This document shows, one piece after another, positions 43,401-57,589 of a DNA stretch of 64,000 bases. The stretch lies in the NCBI RefSeq assembly GCF_009914755.1, contig NC_060928.1. One strand, given 5' to 3'. This DNA is from the human T2T-CHM13v2.0 reference genome, Homo sapiens. The notes under the pieces are model-generated. The model worked only from the letters and a program-made list of their open reading frames with translations, searched no databases and was not told the origin of the DNA. The translations under genes and the position numbers were made by a program. Position 1 is the stretch's first letter. The number at the start of each line of letters is the position of its first letter.

Positions 43401-45500
43401 TATATCTCTCTATATAGATATATATCCATATATATCTCTCTATATAGATATATATCCATATATATCTCTCTATATAGATATATATCCATATATATCTCTC
43501 TATATAGATATATATCTATATATCTCTCTATATAGATATATATCTATATATCTCTATATAGATATATATCTATATATCTCTCTATATAGATATATATCTA
43601 TATATCTCTCTATATAGATATATATCTATATATCTCTCTATATAGATATATATCTATATATCTCTCTATAGATATATATCTATATATCTCTCTATAGATA
43701 TATATGTATATGTCTCTCTATATATAGATATATATCCATATATATCTCTCTATATAGATATATATCCATATATATCTCTCTATATAGATATATATCTATA
43801 TATATCTCTCTATATAGATATATATCTATATATCTCTCTATATATATATCCATATATCTCTCTATGTATAGATATATATCTGTATATATCTCTGTCTATA
43901 TAGATATATATCTGTATATATCTCTTTATATAGATATATATCTATATATCTCTACCTAGATATATATAGATATATATCTATATATCTCTACCTAGATATA
44001 TATAGATATATATATCTATATATCTCTACCTAGATATATATAGATATATATATCTATATATCTCTACCTAGAGATATATAGATATATATCTATACATCTC
44101 TACATAGAGATGTATAGATATATATCTCTCTATACATAGATATATATCTCTATATATCTCTCTATACATAGATATATATCTCTATATAGATATATATATC
44201 TATATATATCTGTCTCTATAGATATATATACCTTTCTCTATATATAGATATATACATCTATATATCTCTATATATCTCTCTATATATAGATATATATCTA
44301 TATATCTCTCTCTATATAGATATATATCTATATATATATCTATATATATCTATGTAAAATAGATATGTTTGTATATAAATATATACAGAGTTCATAGACC
44401 TAAGTCAGTCATATACATGTGTGTATATATATGTTTATTTATTTGTTATTTATGTATTTATTATCAATAAGTATATTGATTTGTTTATATATAAACATAT
44501 TTATATATAGATACACACATATATATGATGGACATATATATGTGCATATATATATGATGGACATATATATATGTCCATGTATATTTTCTATATATATATT
44601 GAATATATATATATTCTGTATATATATTGAATATATATATCTATATATCTCTCTATATATAGAGATATATATCTATACAGTTGTATATATCTATATATAT
44701 CTCTCTATATAGATATGTATATCTCTATAGATATAGAGATCTATATATCTCCATATAGATATAGAGATCTATATATCTCTCTATAGATATATAGATCTAT
44801 ATGTCTCTCTATAGATATAAAGATCTATATGTCTCTCTCTATATAGATATAAAGATCTATATGTCTCTCTCTCTATATAGATCTATAGACCTATATATCT
44901 CTCTCTATATATAGATCTATAGACCTATATATCTCGATATATAGATCTATATATATCTATATATAGATATAGATCTATATATATCTATATATAGATATAG
45001 ATCTATATATATCTATATATAGATATAGATCTATATATCTCTATATATAGATATATAGATCTATAGATATATGTATCTCTATATAGATCTATAGATCTAT
45101 ATATATCTCTCTATATAGATCTATAGATCTATATATCTCTCTCTATATAGATCTATATATCTCTCTCTATATATAGATCTATATATATCTCTCTATATAT
45201 AGATCTATAGATCTCTGTATATCTCTCTATATATAGATCTATAGATCTCTGTATATCTCTCTATATAGATCTATAGATCTATATATCTCTGTATATATGG
45301 ATCTATAGATCTATATCTCTCTCTATATATGGATCTATAGATCTATATATTTCTATATATGGATCTATAGATCTATGTATCTATATATAGATGTATAGAT
45401 CTATATATCTCTCTCTATATATAGATCTATATGTCTACATATATCCCTCTCTATATAGATCTATGTATCTATATATCTCTCTCTATATATAGTGCATATA
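40417..45500. repeat. ~5 kb mosaic AT-rich minisatellite (TA/TAGA/TCTA based)
   Basis: 18x 30-mer at 40471-41010; 10x plus 8x 28-mer at 41011-41514; 11x 30-mer at 41941-42270; further degenerate sub-arrays. Confidence 0.97.
44355..44570 (+). repeat. Inverted duplication arm B (partner at 46424-46639)
   Basis: 216 bp; 6 mismatches counted against the reverse complement of 46424-46639. Confidence 0.95.
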
Positions 45501-45504
45501 TATA

Positions 45505-46410
45505 GGCACTTACATAAATGATATGATTTAAGCATGACAATAATGAGATAGGCATCGTACTATTCCATTTTTACAGGTGAAGAAATCAATGTCTACAAAA
45601 GAAATCAAATAATATGTCCAAATTCATATGGGCTTTGATTTTGGAAGTTTTAGATTTTCGTCTTTGTTTAATACCTTTTATTTTAAAATAATTTGACTCA
45701 TAAGATATTATAAAAATAGGAAAAAGAATGACGGTTATTTTCAGCCAACTTTCCCCAATGATTATATCTAACTTTACCTAGTATGTTGCCAAAATCAGGA
45801 TATTGACATTGTTTCCTACCATTAACTCAGGTTCAGACCCTGTTCATATTTCTGAGGATTTTACATGTACTCTTGTATAGGTATGTGTGAGTGTATGTGT
45901 GATGTGTGTGTATAGTTCTATGAAGTGTGGATTTATGTAATCATCACCACAATCTAGATGCACAACTGCATTACCAACACAAAGAAAGTACATGTTTTCA
46001 CATTATTCCTCACTAATCACATCTTCCAACCAACCCTTTTCCTTGGTAGCCACTGATCTGTTCTCCATCACTACGATTATGCTATGTAATCCAGGCATTT
46101 TTGAAACCAAAGCTCGTGAGGTTGCTAAATAAATAATATCGTTTTATACAATATTATTTTCAGTCTTAATAAATGGCATACTGTAGCACATATTCAAAGG
46201 TGCTATGCATGTATAGGTGAGCTACAGCTTGAACATGGATCTAAGTGCACAAACGTAAAAAATATTTTACACTTTTATCACAATATCGCAATTTGTAATC
46301 CTTTTCCCTAAAAACTGATGTTTGCTTTCTCTTATTTAAACTATGAGAATTATAGTCATTACTAATTGAAAGTATGTTTGAATACTGCCTGATTCCACTT
46401 ACATAAGGTA
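45505..46410 (-). repeat. Inverted duplication arm A'
   Basis: Reverse-complement copy of 38371-39288. Confidence 0.95.
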
Positions 46411-46423
46411 AATATATGCGCAC

Positions 46424-46639
46424 ATATATATGTCCGTCATATATATGTGCACATATATATGTCCGTCATATATATGTGTGTGTCTATATATAAATATGTT
46501 TATATATAAACAAATCAATATACTTATTGATAATAAATACATAAATAACAAATAAATAAACATATATATACACACATGTATATGACTGACTTAGGTCTAT
46601 GATCTCTGTATATATTTATATACATACATATCTATTTTA
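46424..46639 (-). repeat. Inverted duplication arm B'
   Basis: Reverse-complement copy of 44355-44570. Confidence 0.95.
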
Positions 46640-46744
46640 AATCTATTACATGAAGCAAATAATACAGTTGATTTCAAATAACAAGAGTTATTGGATGTAT
46701 ATGAGCAAAAGTTAATGTACATAGGCAAATCAATTGATGAACTT

Positions 46745-48135
46745 ACAGACTCATTTATTTGACATGTATTTATTGAGTGGTCTCTATTGAATTCTGGCTA
46801 TCTTCCAGGAGCCTAAAATTCAGCAGTGAATGTAACAGGCTCAAATCCTTGTACTCAAGGAGCTAATATTCTCATTGAGGGAGAAGAAAATGAACAAAGT
46901 TAATAAGCAAAATATTCAACATGCTAGTTGATAGGAAGTTCTGTGGTGAAAAATAAAGCAAGGAAGAATGGGGTTGGTGGGATGTATATTTAAAATAGAA
47001 TATCCAGGAATGGCTGCACTGAAGTTATATATATAATTATATATCACTATACGTTTTAACTATAACTATATCTTTTTATCTGGTGCAGGTGAGTGAATAA
47101 CCCATGCAAATATCTTGGGGAGGACCAATCCAGGCACTTCAGGAATATCAAAAAGGCCAATATGACTGAAGCAGAGTAATGACAGAGTGATATGGAGTGA
47201 GTAGCAGATGAAATAGTAAGAAAAGTAGGCAGGTCATTTTACGGGTATGCTTCTCAAATTCTTATTTACATATAAATCACTTAGGTTTCACGATAAAATA
47301 AAAAATCTGATTCAGGTTGTCTGGAGGGTTTACACTTCTTACACGTTCCAGGTGATGCTGGTGCTAATGGTCTGTGTATCACACTTTGAATACCAAAGGA
47401 CTGGAGATGTGTGCATGGTAAGGGCTTTGGATTTTAGTACTGTAGGTTGAATTGTGTCTTCCTCAAAAAGATGTTCAAGTCCCAATGCTCAGTACTTGTA
47501 AATATGACCTTACTTGGAAATAAAATCTTGCCTAGTCAATCAAGTTAAGTGGATTCAGGTGGGCTCTTATTGAATGACTAGTGTGCTCATAAGAATGAGG
47601 ATATTTGTGAAAACACACAGTGGATAAGGTCATGTGAAGATGAAGGAAGAGATTGGAGTCATGTAACTATAAGCCTAAGAATGCCAAGGATTGATGGCAA
47701 CTGTGAGAAGCTAGGAAAAGACAAGGAAGGATCCTCCCCGGAGCCTTCAGAGAGAGCATGACAATGATGACACCTTACTTTCAACTTCTAGCCTGAGAGA
47801 GAATAAATTTCTGTACTTTTAAGCTACTGAGTTGGTGGTAATTTGTTACAGTAGCCTGAGGAAACTAATACATTGAGTGGGATGGAGAATGATGTCATTG
47901 GAGGGTTTAAACAGAATGGCTCAGTCTGACATACTCTTAAAGAATCACCCTAATTGCAGAGACAAGAATAAGCCGAAGGCAACGGGCTACAGGGAAGCAG
48001 CAAGACCAGTTAGGCGGCTGTAGCAGTAAACCTAACTGGAGAGTGGAGAGACGGTGGTTTGGATCTAGGTGGTATTGATGGTGAGACAGGAACAGAATCT
48101 GAAGGTGTTTTGAATTACTATTGACAAAATTTGTT
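46745..48135. mobile_element. L2 fragments interrupted by a MER5A-like element (~47240-47400) and an MLT1C/D LTR (~47441-47872)
   Basis: L2-type catttatttgacatgtatttattgagtg; MER5A-type ccaggtgatgctggtgct..cacactttga; MLT1 tgtaggttgaattgtgt...ggaaactaataca. Confidence 0.65.
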
Positions 48136-48167
48136 AACATAGTATAAGGTATAAAAAAAATGGGGGT

Positions 48168-48460
<293 letters not shown>

Positions 48461-48461
48461 A

Positions 48462-49780
48462 TGTAGAATGACTTATAATCCTTTGGGTATAAATGGGATT
48501 GCTGGGGCAAATGGTATTTCTGGTTCTAGATCCTTGAGGAATTGCCACATTGTTTTCCACAATGGTTGAACTAATATACACTCCCAGGAACAGTGTAAAA
48601 GTATTCCTATTTCTCCACATCCTCTCCAGAATCTGTTGTTTCCTGACTTTTTAATGGTCACCATTTTAACTGGAGTGAGATGGTATCTCACTGTGGTTTT
48701 GATTTGCATTTCTCTAATGACAAGTGATGTAGGAGATTGGTCAGGGTGGTGGGAGAAGCTATAAAGAAAGATGCAGGCCTTCTTGAAAGGTGGGAAGGTC
48801 TTGCAAAAGCTTTGGGAGAGAATAAAGGTGAAGGCAGCTAATTATCTTGCCCTGAGGCTAAGGGTGAGAAGTAGGTGCAAGGAAATGTAAAAGAGTTTAT
48901 CTAAATAGGCTTGTTTACTTATGTAAACAACTTATGTAGTCCAGAAACTGACCTTTGATCATCTGCATATGAGGCTGCTCCCTGTAAGGGGGAGCAATAA
49001 TGTTAATTACCCAGCAATTGTGTTGGCTCCAGGCCTTTGACATTATACCACTACTGAATAAATACAAGCAGCTCTGGCTTATTGGCTTATCAAGACTGCT
49101 AACTCCCTTCAGCCCCTAGTGCCAGCAGTCCCCTAGCCTGCTCTTACACTGTATACCTGTGTCTGAGTACTCCTTTCTTCTGTCGCTCAGTCAGGGTCTG
49201 CAGGATGCACCCGGCACAGTGATGATGAGCTTTTTTAAATATGTTCGTTGGCTGCGTAAATTTCTTCTTTTGAGAAGTGTCTGTTCATATTGTTTGCCCA
49301 CTTTTTGATGGGGTTGGCACATGCACATGTATGTTTATTGCAGCATTATTTACAATAGCAAAGACTTGGAACCTACCCAAATCCCCATCAATGATAGACT
49401 GGATAAAGAAAATGTGGCACATATACACCATAGAATACTATGCAGCCATAAAAAAGATTGCGTTCATGTCCTTTGCAGGGACATAGATAAAGCTGGAAAC
49501 CATCATTCTCAGCAAACTAACACACCAACAGAAAACCAAATACTGCATATTCTCACTCACAGGTGGGAGCTGAACAATGAGAACACATGGGCACAGGGAG
49601 GGGAATATCACACACCAGGGCCTGTTGGTGGGGTGGCGGGCAAGGGAGGGATAGCATTAGGAGAAATACCTAATGTAGATAACGGGTTGATTGGTGCAGC
49701 AAGCCGCCATGGCACATGTATACCTATGTAACAAATCTGCACGTTCTGCACATGTATCCCAGAACTTAAAGTATAATTTT
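48462..49780. mobile_element. 5'-inverted (twin-primed) L1PA6/7-like insertion
   Basis: Antisense L1 at 48462-49315, then sense L1 from 49316 to the 3' end (cccagaacttaaagtataat). The two pieces are adjacent in the L1 consensus. Confidence 0.9.
48728..49216 (+). mobile_element. LTR22-family (HERV-K HML-5) solo LTR
   Basis: tgtaggagattggtcagggtggtggga...ccggca; 6-bp TSD aagtga/cagtga; AATAAA at ~49057. Confidence 0.82.
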
Positions 49781-51356
49781 TAAAAATGGGGCAGTCAAGC
49801 ATATAAGCAAGGTGTTTTGTGGCTTAATAACTGTTTAAGTATACGGATGGAGTTTATTAGCTGCTAACTGACGTGAGGAAGATGATGAGAGAAGGTGAGA
49901 ATAGGGAAGATGCTGGGGAGGTGAGGAGAGTAGAGAGAGATTAAGAGCTCTTTTCGAGGTATGTTCACTTTGAGATGCCTATGTTGCCTCCAAGAATAGA
50001 GTGCAATTAGGCTACTTGGCATGAGTCCAGAGTCCAGAGCACAGGTCTTCGCTGGAGATTTATCTGAGTTATTAAGAGAAATTATGATGCTTGGCAAGCA
50101 TGTCCTTAAGTTCTGAGATTAACATCAGGAAGGATAATCATGTACTTCTAAAACATGGTGTTCACTGCCACTTATTTGAAAACATACTGGGCCATTATCT
50201 GACCTGTGACAGTTCTGACATTCATTCTAAGACTACCAGATGTGAAAGCCAGGAGACTGATTATTTTCTTTTTTGGCACTTTTCTGATTCTAAATTTCAA
50301 CTTTCCACATCATTAAAGCCACTAAGGTAAACAGTTAGCCTAAGAGGTATATTCGTTATTTTTTTGCCATCTTTAAATTTGATGCCTCATTGTGAAAAAT
50401 ATGACCTCACATGTATTTGTGTGGGTGATATTTTAAAAGATCAAACTGGGCAGAGAATATGGACACTTTCATTATTTAATAATTTGGACTAATGCCAATC
50501 ATTCCAACATGAACTCTTCATTCATCTGTCTTGTCAAAGAAGCAGAGCTCATACTGCATATGTGAAATATCACCTAGTATCTATTTCAATCACATATATT
50601 TTCTGTTTGTATCTTAGAAAGATTCTTTCACCTCAACAAGCGTATTACTATCTGGAAGTATCTGGATATAGTGATAAAATGATTATTTTCATCAACATCT
50701 AAAGAAAATGCCTATACATCTGTTGGGATGGGAGGTGGAATGGGGAGGCGTGCAGTTGTCTAGCACTACTTGTGGCTGGGAAGGTATGTGTGTTTACAGT
50801 AATAGAAAAATCCACTGTTACTGCAAAGATTCCCCATAGCTCTTTTAAAAAAAGGCTGTCAACTTGATCTCCATTTGCCTGAATCTTTGCCTCTCACTTA
50901 GTTCAAAGCTCTGACAGGGAATAGAAGCATATTTATCAATCCTTCAAGCTCCAGTAGAAGCATCGGAGGGAGAAAACCTACCTATTTTGAAATGGTTGAC
51001 CAATTCTCAGTGACAAAGCTATAGCTACAGTCTGATTTTCTCATCCATTGCCAAGAAAAAATGATTCAGTCTGGCCCCGTTTTATAAGGGCATGGTTGAA
51101 GAGCAAGAATCCTATTTGTAGAGATTCTTTTTCTAGGCATGAGAAATGGCTATTCCAGGTAACGGATTCCTAATTTGCCCTTCTGTGGAACGAGCTTTGC
51201 TTGACAGATGACAGAATATTTGTCACCTTAAGACTTTTAAAAAATTAATTTAAAGCCATGATATTTCTAATTGTTCTGGCTTATGCTTTGAAGTTTTTCT
51301 AAGGCTGCCAAAATTGTGGTCACCAACATAATAGGTACCATTTTTACATTATCCAG

Positions 51357-51387
<31 letters not shown>

Positions 51388-51894
51388 ATATGCTATATAA
51401 AACTTAATATATCAGTTAGTGCATTTAGCTATATGAAAGCTGAAATATGCATTTAAATTCAACATTTGCAGAATGTTTTCTGTAGAGCATTTGCTGGGTC
51501 AGACCATGGTGGTGAGATTTACTCCATTTACACCACCAAATTTTATGTACTAAACCTCTGACTACATTTGGTTTGATACAGAACATTGATGCTATGTCTA
51601 TTTTGATGGTATTTCATTTATTTTCTTATGCAGTTGATATCATACTACCTTACTGATAACAGCATATCAGTTCTATTTCCTACCCCCCATATCAGGTCAA
51701 GAACCTGACCTATTTATTCATGTTAAAAGTTTTTGTTAACATGCACATTATCTGACGCTATTTGAACACTTTGCTCAAATAAGCTTCCATGTTTCATTCT
51801 ATGCTGAGGATTATTAAGCTTCTTTACATTTAATTATTTCTATGTAGGGATTTAAACCAACATATTTTGTGCTTCTAATTTGGTTTATCTAAAA

Positions 51895-52060
51895 ATGGTG
51901 GTTCCTGGATCAATATCATCAGTAGCACCTGGATTGTGTTAGGAATGAAAATTATCGGTTCTTACCAAAGACAGCCTTTATCTGAGGTTAGGACCAGGAA
52001 TCTGTTTTAACAGGCCCTCCAGGTAATTCTCATGTATGCTAAACTTTGAGAACCACAGTT
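51895..52060. mobile_element. MER5A hAT element
   Basis: caggaatctgttttaacaggccctccaggtaattctcatgtatgctaaactttgagaaccac. Confidence 0.75.
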
Positions 52061-53750
52061 GTAGATGGTTAAAAAATTAAAGACAGCATGGACATGGATA
52101 TATAATACTATGAAACTCTCTATTTCCTGATGTTCCAAACAAAGTGCACTGACAAGCAGGTTAATCTTAGGCCCCATTAAGTAAATTCTGCTGTTGAATA
52201 CCAAAAAATATTTTTACTGTAAAAAGCTGTTATTGTCAGTCTATTCCAAAGTGTAGATTCTGAGGAAATAACTTGAAAAAGTCTTAAATATACCAAGCAA
52301 TAATCTAACATCTAAGGAAATGAATATTATGATTTGAAAACTTTTACTTAAAAATGTATATTTAAAAGCATATATGAAAAACAGAAAGCGGACAAATAGT
52401 TTAAAACATCAAATTGGTTTTAATGTTAAATAAGAATGTATGACCAATTTATAACCATGAACTAAACTCTAAGCCTAATGGGGATTTTTTTCCCCTGTCT
52501 CTCCTGCCCTTGCATAATGGACATGACCCTTACCAGCTCCACCAATAATAGAAGTAATGAGCTCTTCCATTGAATTTGACCCTTTCAAAGTCATTTAATC
52601 TAATCACCAACTCTCTCACAAAGCCTCCGTAAAATTGATAGGTATTTCTCACTTTGATTCTCTCTGGGGTTTGTTGCCCTCCTGTTGCATGTGTGATAGA
52701 GTTACAGTTATTCCTTTAGAGGGTCATTTAGTACATTGAAGTCCATAGTTTAAAGGAGAATATCTTTTTTTCTGCTAAAGAAAGATTGAGGCAAGAAAAG
52801 AATTGAAAGTAAATTGTCAATTTTAAATGCACGTAGGAATCTTAAAACAGAGGACAAGGAGGGCCATTCAGCCAGTGGGCTGCAAAAGTGAGACTGTCAC
52901 CACAGTGCCCTCTTCCCCTCCCTGGTGCTGACAGCTTGCAGTCATGCTTGCGCTGTCTGCAAAATATCACCTTAGGGGAGTCTGTCTGCAACGGCTCCTG
53001 CTCAGTCATGGCCTCCTGTGCCATATGATCTCTCCCCGACCCCCTGGAATAGTAAAAAACTTTCAATCTTATCTCACACTGTGAATAACTGAGTATCATA
53101 TGGTGGCAGTAATTAGGAAAAATGACTCAAGCACTTCCAAAATTTGCAAAGCATTCACTGTCATTTTCAGGACCCGTGCTCTTTAAGTGTTTTGGGATAC
53201 TTTTTAAAGTAACTATTCTCTCTGGCCACTGGGCTGTGTCAAGTTTTCTATTTTTAATGTTTTTGTTTGGTAAGATAACTTTGAAAGGCTAGGAAGAAGA
53301 GTGAAGAAAAGACCAAATTGACTGAGAAAAACTTAGAGTATAATTAAGTTTTTATTAGTTTGAAAAACTCAACATTTTTTTAACTATAAAAATGGCCATT
53401 TCAGGTTCTAATATATTGGGGGAATAGGAGTTCCATTTAGAAATTAGGATATGCTACGGGAAAAACAAATTCTATATATATATATTGCATATTTGAAATT
53501 ATACCCTACCTCCATACCTACTATGTTCATTTTAAGTTTAATGTTATTTTAATTGCATAAAGGCTTACTATCAACAAGGTGGCTAGTTTTTCTATCTCCT
53601 TAAAGAATCAAGTAAGAAATGAAGTTGAATTATTGTTAAAATAAATTAGGCCACAATTAACAAGCAGAAATGCATGGCTTATCAAGATGATATATGGCCA
53701 GAACTGGCTACCAAGGTTATATTCAAACTAAAGTTTAAAGGTTTCTTGAA

Positions 53751-54109
53751 TGATATGGTTTGGCCATATCCCCACTCAAATCTCATCTTGAATTGTAGCT
53801 CCCACAATTCCCACGTGTTATGGGAGGGACCTGGTGGGAGATAATTGAATCATGGGGGTGGGCCTTTCCTGTACTGTTCTCATGAAAGTGAGTAAGTCTC
53901 ACGTGATCTGATGATTTTATAAGGAGAAGTTTCCCTGCACGAGCTCTTTTATTGCCTGCTGCCATGCATGTAAGATGTGAGGCTCCTTCTTGCTTTCCAC
54001 CATGATTATGAGGCTTCCCCAGCCATGTGAAACTGTGAGTTCATTTTCTTTTGTAAATTGCCCAGTCTTGGGTATGTCTTTATCAGCAATGTGAAAACAA
54101 ACTAATATG
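53751..54109 (+). mobile_element. THE1 (THE1B-like) MaLR solo LTR
   Basis: tgatatggtttgg...actaatatg; perfect 5-bp TSD TTGAA. Confidence 0.92.
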
Positions 54110-54570
54110 TTGAAATTTTGGAAAATGTCTTCAATTTATGGTGTATAACAATTTTAGACTGATTTAGAAATTTTGCTCTCAGCATCTGAAGCTTGTTCTG
54201 TGTAATATTTAGGTCCTTTTCAGTTGAGATTCTATGATTTAGAATTTCTCTCTTCTCAATTAACTACAAAAACATTTTTAGCTCCCAATAGATACCAGTA
54301 TAGGAAAATAAAGACTAATAAGTTATAGTACTAATTCTTAGGGAATGTTGACAGGTGTTTGGAGACATGTTGGACACATTATGCTAGACCTTTCTCATCT
54401 TTAAAGATTGAGTTCAAATGTTATAACCCACATGAATGTTTCCCTTATTCAGAGAGGGTACTTTGTCTTTATCTCTGGGGTAATGCTTAATTTATCTGAG
54501 CTTTGAAAATTATCTGATTTTATCTGTATCACTGTCTTTCTATGAAACTTCCAAGGCAGAATCTCTATGA

Positions 54571-54871
54571 TTTTTTTTTTTTTTTTTTTCTGAGATGGAG
54601 TTTCTCTCTTGTGGCCCAGGCTAGAGTGCAATGGCACGATCTCGCTCACCTCAACCTCCGCCTCCTGGGTTCAAGTGATTCTCCTGCCTCAGCCTCCTGA
54701 GTAGCTGGGATTACAGGCATGTGCCACCATGCCCAGCTAATTTTGTATTTTTAGTAGAGACAGGGTTTCTCCATGTTTGTCAAGCTGGTCTCAAACTCCT
54801 GACCTCAGGTGATGCACCCACCTAGGCCTCCCAAAGTGCTGGGATTATAGGATTGAGCCACCAGGCCCGGC
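54571..54871 (-). mobile_element. AluSp-like
   Basis: Antisense Alu with tttctccatgtt and gagtttctctcttgt diagnostics. Confidence 0.92.
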
Positions 54872-57310
54872 TTAATTTTTTTTTTTAAACTATAAGTAAT
54901 AGTAGGCATGGCCTTTGACTCTTCAGAAAAAAAATATGTTTAAAACATTTTTGTAATCATGATCTTAAATGCACAAATAAACAGCCAGTTAGACACATTG
55001 TACACGTAGGCATTGCTTGTGATATGGGGTTACGAAGTGAAAAGGCTGTCATAGTCTCAGAGCCCTCCAGAATTGGATGTATTTTGGAGATTATTAATTT
55101 CAGTTCTCCCTAATTACCCTGATAAAGAAATGGAGGTTTAGGTAAGTTAAGTGATGGCATGTTTTGTGTCCTTTATAATCTTTTGAGTCAATAATAAGGT
55201 GATTACAACACACAAATGAACATTATTAGGCAATTAAATATTATTAGGTAATTGAAGCTTTATTAATAAATTTTACTTAAAATCAATGCTTTGTTCTACT
55301 TAACACAGTTTTTCCTTACTTAAGTATGCCTGTTTTTCCTTTGTCTGCAAACTCAACAAATCTGGTTTAGACAATAGATTCTTACATACAAAATGGGAGT
55401 AAGTGTGATATGTGTGTGTGTATGTCCGTGCTATGGATAGCCTCTTAGAAAATGTCTAAGTCATAATTTGGAACATTATCACAAAATCATCAATGCTATA
55501 GACTTAAGTAGGAAGCAGTATTATGTGTATCAGAGTCATATGAGTCCAACAGGGTGGACAAAAGGGATTATCATTGCAAATCTACCGCCCAGCAGGATGG
55601 CTTTTACAAAGATACAGATGACAGGTTTTTTTTCCTGTGTTGACAAAGAGCTTGTATCCTGTTCAGGACATTCATTCTCCCCTGCATGGGATTGTGTGAC
55701 TCATGCTGACTTTCAAACCTTAACCTGGTAATAATCTCTTTAGAAATACCTTTTATTATTATTATTTTAAAGAGAAGCTTGCAAGCTGAATTTAATAGTG
55801 AGTCACAATTATTATTAAGATCTGACTATTCCTTTCATATTAGAAATATACTTTGTCTTGTTTAAATTATATTGACTATATTTTTGTCTTTCTCCTCTGA
55901 ATCAATTATCAAATGCATACAGGATTCACCAGGAAACAAAATTTCTATTAATATTTCTATTGAGAGTTTTGACAGTAGATTTTCAGCAGCTTTCCAAATT
56001 CAAAGTGTCTTCAATAAATTTATTCACTTATTCATTCAATTTATTTTGAGGTTTAACAAGGCACCAGATATTACAATTTCTCTGATATATATGTGAGGCC
56101 TTTTAGGTGATTTGTAAAGTTTGAAATACTACACATTTTGCCATTAAACATTTTCAAAAGATTAAAGTTTCCTTTTCTTCTTTTGTTACTATTTTCCTTT
56201 TCTTTCCAAGACTTCATAGATGGCATTATGAACTTCCATAAGGGGGCACAGAATGCCAGCTTGCTCTCTTTCAGTGATGTTAGCAGACACGGATGATCAT
56301 TGCTGTGATGTATTAATTCCCCAGGCACTACAAAATCATGGTATCCTAATTATATCACTCTTTATTATTTTGTTAGGTGAATTGATTTTATAACAGGTAT
56401 TTGTCCTCATCAAATTTTGATTACCCTGAGGTACACTTTCTAGAGGAAAAGCAGATAAATACTTTGTATTTCCCATTTATCTTCTGGTTTTCACAGTAAT
56501 GATTTGGAATAGTTTTTCTCTGTGCATTTTATGCCATTAACTTTATGTAGGTTCATTTATTTCATATTACTTTCAGTTTTCAGAGACTGCTCCTTAAAAA
56601 TTCCATTATATTTTACAATTAAATAAAATATTTATTTTTATGAAAATTTTTAAAAACATTATTCAAAATAATTTAGTTTCTACCTTCCCATCTCTTTTTC
56701 CTTATTCTCCTTCTCTCATCATGTGAAACCACTTACTAATGTTTGTCTTATTCATCTATGTTTTTAACATTAGGAACTGGCACATATATTGTTAGCCTTC
56801 ATTTTTTAGATAAATAGTAGCACATTATATAAATCTGCACTTAGCTATTTAATTTAACAATGTATTGTAGAGATCAGAACATAGAACCATTTAGAGAAAT
56901 ACCTGACTTCTTTTCAACTGCCTGGTACTGCACTGTGTAGATGTAAAATTGTTTATGCAACTTGTTCCTTATGTTGGATATTTGAATTATTTGCAGAATT
57001 TTTTTCTCTTCCTTGTAGAGTGATATATTAAAACATTCTAGTATTTAAGAATACAATGAGCAAAATTTACAATGTGAGAAACCTCATAGGAAAAGTGACC
57101 TGAATATTTCAACCACAAAATATAAATGTAAGGGAAAATAATATATGGAAATACAGATTAAAAGAGAATTAAGAGATATTTTGGCATTTCTAATGTATGT
57201 TTATATATGCTGAATATATCTGCTTCATTATAAGCCACAGTATTTCTCAGCTGGCCAATGGAAGTGAGTCCTACAAGGCAGGCACAGCCATAAATAGGTA
57301 ATGATAAAAT

Positions 57311-57437
57311 AACAAGTTAATGGGTGCGGCACACCAACATGGCACATGTATACATATGTAACTAACCTGCACGTTGTGCACATGTACCCTAAAACTGAAA
57401 GTATAATAAAAATAAATAAATAAATAAATAAATAAAA
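57311..57437 (+). mobile_element. Very short 3' end of a young L1PA (PA2-4-like)
   Basis: gttaatgggtgc..catggcacatgtatacatatgtaactaacctgcac..aaagtataat plus an (AAAT)n tail. Confidence 0.88.
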
Positions 57438-57589
57438 TGTCTTCTCAGTTTTTGAGAACTCTGTTTTAAAGTGAAAGTTAACAAAACCAGTAATTTCCAG
57501 AGGCTGAAATTATACCTGTTGAAGTTGCATCTGTTGAAGAAGGAGCAGATCTTGCAGCTTCATATTTAATAGCAATACTATATTCATAT

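Noticed and set aside
40410-43489. ORFs of 208, 149, 67 and 75 aa ([10 protein letters not shown] and similar repeats)
   Set aside because: Translations of stop-free minisatellite units whose length is a multiple of three; no coding evidence.
49321-49731. 136-aa ORF
   Set aside because: Alternative-frame translation of the L1PA ORF2 end and 3'UTR.
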